From: Octopus sinensis
Taxonomy: Eukaryota
Assembly (NCBI RefSeq): GCF_006345805.1
Contig: NC_043005.1
Span: 67,890,001-67,954,000 of the forward strand
DNA: 64,000 nt
Reading direction: 5' to 3'
The notes under the pieces were generated by a model. That model was not told the DNA's origin. It searched no databases and worked only from the letters and a program-made list of their open reading frames with translations. The translations under genes were made by a program, and so were the position numbers. This document shows positions 36,718 through 48,700 of this stretch, in pieces (the first letter of the stretch is position 1; the number at the start of each line of letters is the position of its first letter).

Positions 36718-39516
36718 TATGTATATATATGTGTATATATATATATGTATGTGTGTGTGTATATATGTATATATGCAAAATCCACTCTCGACCCAAAATA
36801 ACGTGGTGGTGAAACAGTGTTGTTGTCAGGGCTATTAAAGAAAAGAAACAGGCTTGGAAGGACTGAAAGAATGGTGGTAGCAGGGAATTGTATCAGACTG
36901 CCTGAACGGAAGCTAGGAGACAGGTTTATTTAGCCAGAGGGGAAGCAGATAAGAAAAAATTTAACCAATGTTCTGTGCCATGAGGACCAAAGACTTGAGG
37001 TATTTCTTGGTGCAATTCTCCTCATGCATACACATCACATGACCGAACCAGTGCAGTCACACACTGTATTCCTCTTACGCCTAACTTTACTGTCAGTACA
37101 CTAGCACTCTGTCATATATGTACACTGACATTGGTCATCCAGTAGGAAATACCAGCATCTAGTTCTTGCATGTCCTCTAACTATAGTGGTAACTGCATAG
37201 AAGTTAAAGCAGTTTTATTCCGAAATTAGGTCTTCTTGAAGAAACTTGCAATAGTCTTTAGAATGACATTTAAAAAAATCAACTCTTAAGTGATAATGAC
37301 TAGAATCAAATAACATCTAACTCATATACAAATATATGTCAGATATTCATGTTTATGTAATTAAATTAATTGCATGGAATAATGTTACTGCCACTATTGG
37401 TAGGCAGGCAGATTTAGGATAGAAATTCATTTAGCTTCAGTTTAGGATGATATAAGAAAATGAGAGAAAAAAAAAAATTAATTGTAGCAGTAGTCATTAA
37501 GGATAATTGTTTTAGTTGTTGAGTCCTAATCAACACTACTTGAGCAGATATGTGATATGGTTTGAGATTGCTGAAAATCCATCAAAAACTTCAGTGATCA
37601 GCATTCTAGATATGACCTCTCCATCTTTATTATCAGTTATGCTCTCCTAATATTTAGAATTAAAACCTGTCAGATTCCGAACAGGTGATTTAATAATGTG
37701 GTTCCTAATAAATGTCTCTGTGCAACAATGAAGCTCATTGATTATGCAATTTAGGCTGACACATTGACATTAGCAATCTTTGATCTTTCTAACACATTCA
37801 ACCAGCACCAAATAGCTGTAAAAGTATGTATAGTGAGAAGGTATTGTAAATAGCAATGTAATTTATTGTTTTATGAACTTGCAGTGCTGTGCTCAGATCC
37901 TCCCAGTGGCACAATATGTAATAAATGCACAGCATGTGGTGAAGATATGTGTCTGAACCATTTATGGCCATTATAAATCAGTGACTTTTCTGCACACAAT
38001 AATTCAAACTCTCTAGTAAAATATTTGGATCTTTACCCTTTGACCTACAGATTTAAAAAATAATTGTTTGTAATGAAACACTTTCAAACTTCAGACACTG
38101 GTAGAATGTGTCATATAAAACATTTTTTACTCTTAGCACTTTTGAGAAACACTTATATTTACAAAGATATTTCACGTTAAAGTTTTCGTATATTGGTAAT
38201 TTCAACCAATCAATGACGTGTACTCAGCTGAATAAAATTACTGCTGTTGTTTGTCAACAACTATTGGTGGTGTATTTTTCGTTTGTCACTGTAGGTTTCT
38301 TTAAAAATATTTTTTTGTATTGCTTCATAAATTGACAGGTGGTTGATGAAAACTTCAGTGGAGTGAAAGTTAGAATTTACTATCCAGCTGGAGTGAGAGA
38401 GAAAGACAAGACAAAATTATTACCTGGAATTTTGTATTTTCATCCTGGTGGATGGACATTTGGCAGAATGGGTAAGTTAGAATGAAAGTTTTATTTTTTC
38501 ATTTATGTTTTAAGGAATGTTTGAACATCATTTAATGTATACTGATTACAGTTGAGGTAGACAAAAAAAATTATCATCCTCTTCATTTAATGTTTATTTT
38601 TCCATGCTGGCCAATTTGACAGGCTCCATTGTCTGTTCTGGATGCCCTTCTTAATGCCAACCACTTTACAGAGTGTACTGGGTGCTTTTTATGTAGCACC
38701 AGTACCAGTGGATGATAAAACATATATTCATGCCTTTTGTAAGAACTAAAGAACCAAATAGCTTTACTCTTTCACTGTTTTTTGGCATTTTGACTGTGGA
38801 TCCAGTTTAGATGTTAGTTTGTTGGATGTTCATATCCAGCTTCATGAAAATAAATGCCTTTAAGTGGATTTTCATCAAAGTTCAGAGTTAATAGTTATTG
38901 CAGCTGTTTGATGTGGTTGTGTGCACTTTTTATTTAAATCATAAGAATGCAATCATTCTACGTTATCTGTGCATGACTATACATTTGCAATTGCAAAGAC
39001 TACAAGAAATTGAGGTAAACTTTAAACAGGAACTGTGGCTTTCAAAACCACAAGTGGACTTTGTTTTATTTATTATCAGACAATGCTTGTACTACAATAG
39101 GTACTTGTTTAGTTAATCAGATTGTGTAGTGAGTTGTTATCTGCAGAGCTGGCATACTAATATATTCACCAACTGCAACACAGATAAAGAAAGTGCATTA
39201 GGTTAGAAGAAATTACAGATAAATTGTGTTGGACAAGTCATAAAAGTGCAAAAGTAATTTTATGCATGGAGAAAGTGTTTGCATCAGAAGTATATCATGA
39301 CAGTGTGGTGGAGAGAGCATGTGCGTGTGAGAGAGAGAGAGAAAGAAGAAGAAGAGAGTAAAAGAAAGAACAAAGTGATATGACTTGCTGAAACCTTTCA
39401 AACTCTGTCTTCTATATGACAATTGTTCCCAGCATTACTTAAATAGTTTTGACTTCTGAATTAGATGCCACCTTTACTTAAACTATCCATTTCTCACCCA
39501 TTTGTCACACAAAATA

Positions 39517-39547
<31 letters not shown>

Positions 39548-42500
39548 CTCGATTATTTTGTAAAACATTGATCTAATCATTCTTCTAAAATTAGTAATAC
39601 CACACTTTCCATTCCATGGTTTTCTGTCAGACTTTGACAAGCCAATTTGGGAACCTATACATGGTTGTTCTGGCTTCTAGAAATAGCAGGCAAACCTCTC
39701 TTAAACTAGCCATTTCTCACACAAAATGTCTCTCTCTTCTTCTAGATTATTTTATAAGACATTCATCTGATCTTTCCATTCCTAGTTATTTCACCAGATT
39801 TTGACAAGCCAATCTGGGAACCTATACATGGTTGTCCTGTTTTCTAGAAATAGCCTGCAAATCTCCTTCAAAACATACCTTACCATCTTAAAACAAGAAC
39901 TCGTTAGATAATATGGTCTTACTTGTTTGTTTCTATGAATCTCAGGTGGACCCTGGTTATAGATCTGCTCAGATAGGGCACTCCTTAGGTTAAACAACAA
40001 CCATAGAAAGTTAGAAAAGTCAGGTCTTAGCAACATTATAGGGACCCCCGAGCAAATCAGTGCTGTGGGCCCTGCAGTATTTATTGACAACAAACCCAGA
40101 ATATATAGATCAGAATTGGGCCTCTGAACCTATGAAGTCCCTCCCTGGACAACTGCCCAGTATGCCCATGTCTTAAGACATTCCTATGAAGAGTCTCAGA
40201 AAAGCAAAGCAATCAGATAACAACTGATGTATCATCAGTTTGGTCTGTTAAAAGTTTGCCATGGTGTCCTTAGTAAAAGTACATCACTCTCAGTGACATG
40301 GTTTGTCTATCTGTAAAAAAGTTTGTACTTAAGTGATATATTTGTTTCAGCAAGGTTGCCACATCTCAAAGTTTAACATGGCAAGTAGGGCTCTATCGAA
40401 ACTCACTATAAATCAAAATAATTAAAAATATTTATTTAGTATAAAGTGATGTTGGATATTATAAGCACCAGCTTGAGATTAGAAAGACCAAGGGAACCAC
40501 CAATTGAAACTGAGCCATGAGTCTCTCAAATGAGCATGTACTTGTTACCCTCAGACCCTGCTGCAAAAATCTACCTAGGTTAAGTCCTTGATTTCCTTTT
40601 TGGTTTTTTTTTTGTTTTTTTTAGTGTATGATAATGATGGCGTTTAACTTTTGCTACTGTAAGTGCAGTTTGAGAGAGATTTTGCTGCCATTTCTAGCAA
40701 ATCAAATCAAATAGAGGTTCCCATTTTGGCTTGTCAAAATCTTGTAGAAAATCTTGGTATGAAAAAAGTGACAGAACTAACTTTAGAAGGGAAGAATGAA
40801 ACACAGTGAACCTAAAAAAGAAATAGAGACAAAGAGGATGGTGTCAAACAGTTTCAGGAATAAAACTTATTTTAGTAATGCTGAAAATGATTGCATTATC
40901 TCTTGAGGACATGAAAAAAAAGGGGACAGTTGAATCTTTTTTTTTGTACGTCCCCTCCTCCATTATTTGTATCTTATTTGAAAGAGAGAGATTGGTAGAC
41001 ATTCTGTTGTGTTCGTGGAAACAAGGTTTCTTGACATATGATAAATACATGGTTACAAGCCTGTCTGTAGTCTTGTCTCTCTTTTCAAATCTTAGCTTTT
41101 ATAATTTATTCAGTAATAAATTCATAAATCTTTAGATTTCATTTATTTTTCTATATTTTTTATATATAAATTTTACCGTATTCTTTAATAGGTGTTTCCC
41201 ACAATTTACTAGAGAGACTGACTCAGGAGACTGGCGCCGCATTCATTGATGTTGAGTGAGTAATTTCTAAAACATAAAGCCTTATTTTATGTCTTTTTGA
41301 TTAAGTAATTATTTAAATTTGCATTTTATTCTTTATTAAACTGTTTCTCTGTCTCTTTCTCTACTATAACTACTCTTTCCAATGGAAATCATCTTTTTTC
41401 TTTAAAAAACAGACAGTATAAGACATATGTGAACAATGTGGTTTTATATTTATCTAATAAAGAATTGCAAATGATCTACTATGATATCCTCATCATTAAA
41501 TATCTGTTTTCCATCCTGTCATGGGTTGTGAAAGAAAATAAAGCCAAAAATATTGTAGAAATTAACTAAAAGTAAAGTAAATGTAAGCCTTTCTGTTATA
41601 AATGTTGATTTCAGTTATCAATTTTAATGCAATTTAGTTACCGACTGGCACCGGAACACATTTTCCCAGTTCCTTTTGATGACTGTCTAACAGCAACTGT
41701 ACATATCTTGCGGAATGGTGGGGTGTATGGTATTGATAGTTCACGTATAGCTGTTTCAGGTGAGTAAGCTTTTCTCAGTTGTTGTAAACAAAATCGAACT
41801 TTATCTTCATCTGGAAAACATCAACATTTGTATTGTTGTTTTAGTCAGCAGTGAGCATTACAATATTTAATTTCATTACTGTATTCAAAGTTCTGATTTT
41901 TGTTGGAGTTTATGTGACCTAGTATTTCACCCAGAATTATTTCAGTTGTCTTCTCTGGTATGGAAATTGATCTAACATAATTGAGTGCAAATGCACACGC
42001 TCATACATGTGCATGCACATCTGTGCACATGTACACATATGTACAAAGAAATTGTCATTATCATGATCAGTCGATGAATTAAGTACCAGTTACGCACTGC
42101 AGTTGATATAATCGACTGGTCTCCTTCCCCCAAAAATTTTCAAGGTAGAGTAGAAGTAATTATCATAATCAGTGTATAATACTGTGGTGGAAATGCTAGA
42201 GACCTGGATAGAATACCTTGCAGTATTTCATAATTTTGTGTCACATTTTATGTTGCAATCCTACAAAGACTGCCCACACCTTTTACTCGACCAGAGTTGA
42301 TGAAATAAGTACCAGTCATATATTGAAGTTGATTCAATCAACTACATTTTTTTCTTACAAATGGAAGTCTTGTGCCTATGATAATAATTATCATTTTATG
42401 AATATTTTTTTCTTGAAAATAATGTCATGCTTTCTTGTATATATCTTATAATCTAACTAACGGCATGATATTAAGTGCATAGTGGCCTTACATGATCAAT

Positions 42501-45500
42501 ATTACTGCATGAATTATAATACATACACTCAAGTGAAAATTAGCTTTTATTTGCAGGAGAATCACTTGGTCATTAGAAATTATGTTGCTAAATGTGACCA
42601 TCCCACATCTGTGCATTACTACCAACACTTCTGTTAGTCACAAGAATTGAATGGACACAGCTACTGCACTGAATACACTTAAGCACTGACTTGGTCAAGC
42701 ATCGTCTTTAATCTGATATATATTATCCATTATTGCTTGTTTATTCATTCAATTAATTATCTTCCTACACGGCAAAAAACACCTGTGGCGCAATATTGGT
42801 GAAGTCGATAGGTAAAAAAGAAGTAAGATCAGAAATAGCAACTTGGTTATCTTATATGCTGCATGTCTGTACTTCACTGCCATTATCTAAGATGCTGCAT
42901 GGGTTTTGATTGTGGGGAAAATACTTGAACTTAAAACTACAAGCAAGCAACCCATTCAATTTTTATGTGAGTTACTTGTTTCTAGCAATCATTTCTACTG
43001 GTTAGTGGAGGTATGATGTTGGTTTATCCCAAATTTGATGGCATTAAAAGGTAGGTTGAGAAGCTTCATCTGTGAAAAGGAAACCAGCCTATAGAAAGTT
43101 CTTTTATTGACCACACCTGTAAATTCTGTGCTTACATTCTCTCATTATTTCTCTTTTACTCTTTTTACCCTTTTGCTTGTTTCAGTCATTTGACTGTGGC
43201 CATGCTGGCGATACCAGGGCTTATTCTTTGTAAGCCTAGTACTTATTCTGTCGGTCTCTTTTGCCAAACCGCTAAGTTATGGGGACGTAAGCACACCAGC
43301 ATCGGTTGTCAAGTGATGTTGGGGGACAAACACAGACACACACACACATATATATATATACATATATACAATGGGCTTCTTTCAGTTTCCGTCTACTAAA
43401 TCCACTCACAAGTCTTTGGTTAGCCTGAGGCTACAGTAGAAAACACTCGCCCAAGGTGCCACGCATTGGGACTGAACCCGGAACCATATGGTTGATAAGC
43501 AAGCTACTTACCACATAGCCTTAAAATGACAAGATCTATTTACTATTTACAATGAAGTTTTTCAGACATGAGACAAAAATTATTTATTTGGAAACCATGC
43601 TTCACATATGACATCATGCAAACTTTTAGTTGGTGGACCAGTATGCCAACACCCATGGCCTGCTGTGAGAGTTATTATCACAAATTTAGATATTCTTTTA
43701 TCTTTTACTTGTTTCAGTCATTAGACTGTGGCCATGCTGGGGCACTACCTTGAACAATTTTTTTTTAGTCAAATTAATCAATCCCAGTACTTATTTTTTA
43801 TTAAGACTGATACTTATTCTATCGGTCTCTTTTGCTAAACTGCTAAGTTATAGGGACATTAGCACACCGACATTCGTTGTCAAATGATAATGGGTGACAA
43901 ACACATGCACGCACATATATGTAACAGGCTTCTTTCAGTTTCCGCCTACCAAATCCACTCACAAGTCCTTGGTTGGCCTGAGGCTAAAGTAGAAGATGCT
44001 TCCCCAAGGTACCATGCAGTGGGACTGAACTTGGAACCATGAGGTTGGAAAGCAAGCTTCTTATCACACAGCCAGTATTTTTGAAGTAGAAAGTGGTGGT
44101 AAAAATGTCAAGCTGTGACTAATCAGTTATACTTCTCTCAGTTTCTCTATTAGTTAACAGTGGTTAGTAAAAGTTGTTTAACCCTTTCGATACCAACCTG
44201 CCTGAAACCGCCTCTGACTTTGTAGTGCAAATGTCTTATTTTCATATGTTCTGAATAAAAATCTTCCACCAAACCTTAGTCACAATTTCTGTTCCTAACA
44301 TTAGCTTAATGATAACTAAGTTATTTTACTAAATTCTCTGTTATATTTAAAATTAATTGACAGAAACACAAAGCATCTCAAAATAAATATGGTAACAAAA
44401 GGGTTAATTCTTGTATAAAAGAGGCAGAGAAAAGATTTGATAGTGTCTAAACAATGAAGATGAGAGGAGTAAATGGTTTAGATCAATGAAGCAGTGAAAC
44501 AGAAAATAAAAGCCTTAGAAAGAAATTAAGTTTGTACACTGTAATGTCTGATAGAAAATTTTAAAGAAAGCTTGGCTTTCATGAATTGCTTGACAGTACA
44601 AACTAACGAAATGGTTAGAATTAGTATTGAGCTCTGTAAAGTACTTGATGTACAAGTGTCTTCCAAGGCTCCGAAGATTTCCACAGAATGTTGGTTTTTA
44701 CCAACAACCTGATTCTCATTGCAGAAACTACTGAATGGCTTCTGTCAATCAACAATGATCTAAAACTTGTCAAAGTTTTATATACTTTAAATCCAATATA
44801 CAATCCATTCCAAATAGGAGCTGCAGCTCTTATCAGACAACCATTACATCTATCAACAGAAAATATTTGTCAGATTTCCATTACATGAATACCAAAATAC
44901 AAATGTTACTTTTTTTTTCCCTTATCTTCTCATAAATTCCAATTTCAATATTGTCTTCCTTTCACATACAACTCATCATTTCAAGAGTGCTCTCCTGAAA
45001 AACTTATATTCTTAATGTTATCAGAACTTTAGATCTAAAAGATATTTAAGTTGTGTCCAATTGTTTACAATATATATTGTCGGAATATATTTGCCTATGT
45101 AATTCACTCATTCATTTTACATTGATCTTTTTTCCCTGCTTGCATGTGTTAAACTGACACATATTATAGAAACATTGTTTCTCAGCTTAATGCTCTTTCT
45201 GTCATTAACCCTTGCCTGATTTTCGAGTAAGGGAGTTTTCATTCCATTTGTGTATGAAAAGTATTGAGCTACCAGATGCTTTGTTGATTGGGAAATGTCA
45301 ACAGACATCATGATCCACAGCTCAACAATTTTCATGTAAAGCACAGAATATTATCATTCACGCAAACACTCATGTATATATATATATGTACATCATCATC
45401 ATCCTTTAACGTCCGCTTTCCATGCTAGCATGGGTTGGACGATTTGACTGAGGACTGGCGAACCTGATGGCTGCACTAGGTTCCAATCTTTCTGGCAGAG

Positions 45501-45747
45501 TTTTTACAGCTGGATGCCCTACCTAATGCCAACCACTCTGAGAGTGTAGTGGGTGCTTTTACATACCACCAGCACGGGAAGCCAGTCAGGCGGTACTGGT
45601 AATGACCTCACTTGAATGTTTTTTCATGTGCCACCAGCACAAGTACCAGTAAGGCGATGCTGGTAACGATCACGCTCGAATGGTACCTTTATATATAAGT
45701 TAGTAAGTTTGGATTTGTACTCTCTAATATTATTATTATTATATATA

Positions 45748-45796
<49 letters not shown>

Positions 45797-48700
45797 ATTT
45801 GCATACATACTTAAATATATACATACATATGACAAACTTTGTACAGTTCCTCATAAGGCATTATTCAGCCTGGTGTTCTAAAGGAAGTACTTGTTTAAGG
45901 TGTCACACAGTAGGACTGAACCCAAAATTATGTGGTTGCTAAGCAAACATTTTAGCCATACAGCCTTGCTGTATCATATCTAGAATGTTTTACATAATTC
46001 AAGCAAAGGCTCTCTAAGTTGTATTTAGAATAAAATCGTAAATATGAATAATTGCTCACTTACTAGTAATATACATGTAACATGCCACATTGCTACTTCT
46101 ATGACTGCATTTAATTGTTCACTTCTAAATTTACTGAGTGCAATAAATTCATCTGTTGCACTTTTAGTTTCTTGTTACCTGCATAGATTCCTGCTACATA
46201 AATAGAATACCCTATACCACACTGAATATTGATTCAAGTTTTGTGTTCTAGTTATGGCTGTCCACTGAAACTCTTGTTTCTGCTGTGTATAATAACTTCA
46301 ATACCCAAATCAAATTCTACTTTCATGTTAAGAAGAGGATGATCGTAAAATCCCTCTGAGCATTTAACTGTCAATAGGACATAATGAAAAACAGTCTTTA
46401 ACCCATTAAGTCCCAAAGTACTTAAATTTCTGAATATTACATGTAAATTTTTACAGATGATTGAAAATAGGTTAAAATCATCATCATCATCTTCATCATC
46501 GTTTAACATCCATTTTCCATGCTAGCATGGGTTGAACAGTTTGACCGGGGTCTGGGAAGCCAGGAGGCTGCACCAAGCTCCAGTCTGATCTGGCAGTGTT
46601 TCTACAGCTGGATGCCCTTCCTAACGCCAACCACTCCGTGAGTGTTGTGGGTGCTTTTTACGTGCCAGGGGAGGATAATTATTAAAACTCTTTTACTTCA
46701 AGTAGAAATGGAAATACTCAGTGTCCTATAAATAGGACTCTGAGAGAATGTGATATAGTTTATTTAATGTTCTTGGTTAGTGTCCTATTTATAGGACAGT
46801 GGGACTTAATGGGTTAAATAGCTCTTATGATAAATTGTAGAGAATATGTTAACAGAAATGGCAGTATTCTTGTTAACGGTGGAACGTAAAAAGCACCATC
46901 CATTCGTGGCCGTTGCCAGCGCCGCCCCGACTGGCCTCCGTGTCGGTGGCACGTAAAAGCACCATCCGTTCGTGTCCGTTGCCAGCCTCGCCTGGCTCCC
47001 ATGCCGGTGGCATGTAAAAGCACCATCCGTTCGTGGCCGTTTGCCAGCTCCGTCTGGCTCCTGTGCGGGTGGCACGTAAAAAGCATCCACTACACTCACG
47101 GAGTGGTTGGCGTTAGGAAGGGCATCCAGCCGTAGAAACACTGCCAGATCAGACTGGGCCTGATGCAGCCTTCTGGCTTCACAGACCCCAGTCGAACCAT
47201 CCAACCCATGCTAGCATGGAAAACGGACGCTAAATGATGATGATGATGAATTGTCCCTAGATGTACGGATATTTTTTTAAAAGCAAGATCTAAGAGTATT
47301 GCTTTAAAGATAGATACACTTGAACTTACAATATGTTGAATAAAGTTACATTTTATTGGCCTTCATATAAATGTTATATTTCCTGTCTGGCATACAGTGA
47401 AACACTCATCATATAACCAGCTCTATACCCAACTTTAGAAGAAACTGAACTCAGTCTATTATATCATAATTGTTATGAAAGTTATGTTGAAAGAGAATTT
47501 AAAACAATTCTTAATAAAGAGAGCGCATAGCACACTAAAAACACCTCATAATGAAATTTAATTGTTGCACAATGATGTTAAAAATGCAATTCTATATGAT
47601 GGCAGTTTATTGAGCATCTTCAGGAAAATATGTCATGGATGCAGTCAGAAATATGCCGGTTCCCTTACACTGGCCAAACATATCATCTCTCTTCTTAGTT
47701 TGTCAGTATTACAGCAAGAAGCATTTATTCATTAATGGAAACATATTACTTACGAGGGAGTACCCAAAAGAAACGAGAATTTCGCATTTTTTTTCCACTT
47801 AGATTTACTTGTTTACACTTTTATTGCCTTCAAAGTATTCTCCATTTGAAGCAATGCATCAGTCCAGATCATTTTCCACTGCTTGAAGCAGTCTTGGATC
47901 TCTTGCGAAATGATGCCTTTTAACGCCTCTGTTGTTTTTTTTTTCTTCACCTCTTCCACATCTGCAGAACGTTTTCCTCTAAGGACTCTTTTTGTTCGGG
48001 GAAACAAAAAAATGTCACAAGGAGCATGATTGGCTGAATGGAAGTGGGGTGAGTAAGTGGGGTCATATCATTTTTGTTCAGATACTGTCTCACACTCAAG
48101 GCAGTGTGTACAGGAACATTGTCACGATGAAACCACCACTGTCCACTTTGCCACAGGTCAGGGTGTTTTCATCTCACCACATCTTGCAAACGCTTCAGAA
48201 CTGCCAAGTAAAATATCTGGTTAATAGTTTGACCAAAAGGAACAAATTCTATGTGGACAGTTCCTTTTGCATCAATGAAACAAACCAGCATTGTTTTGAC
48301 ATTGGACTTCACTTGACACGCTTTTTGGGAGCATGGTGACATTCAATGCTTCCTTTGACATCATTCAATGACACCAGTCAGCAAACTTATGCCTGGGGGA
48401 CTCATCGAATGGTTTTCAGTAACAGAAGCCTGAACTATAATGGGCTTGTCCCACAGAAAACGTTTCTGGTTATTTTGCGGTACCCCCCCCACCATATTTG
48501 ATAAATAGTTACGAATCAACTTCTACACAGATTAATCTTTTACTTTATTTAGCCTCTAATGATCTTAGTCTGATAATCAGTTCAAAGACAACCAATATTG
48601 ATAACAGATCCCAGCATTAAAGTAACAATCAAGCTTCCTTCCAAAGATGTATATCTTGCTCAGATAACATAGGTATTGATCATTTTCAATAATGTATTCT

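Noticed and set aside
34932-36796. Overlapping 280-340-aa ORFs on both strands
   Set aside because: Same artefact from a cryptic simple repeat.
46879-47090. Regularly spaced 50-60-bp repeats resembling a CRISPR array
   Set aside because: Eukaryotic context, no unique spacers or cas genes; these are internal tandem units of repeat family C.
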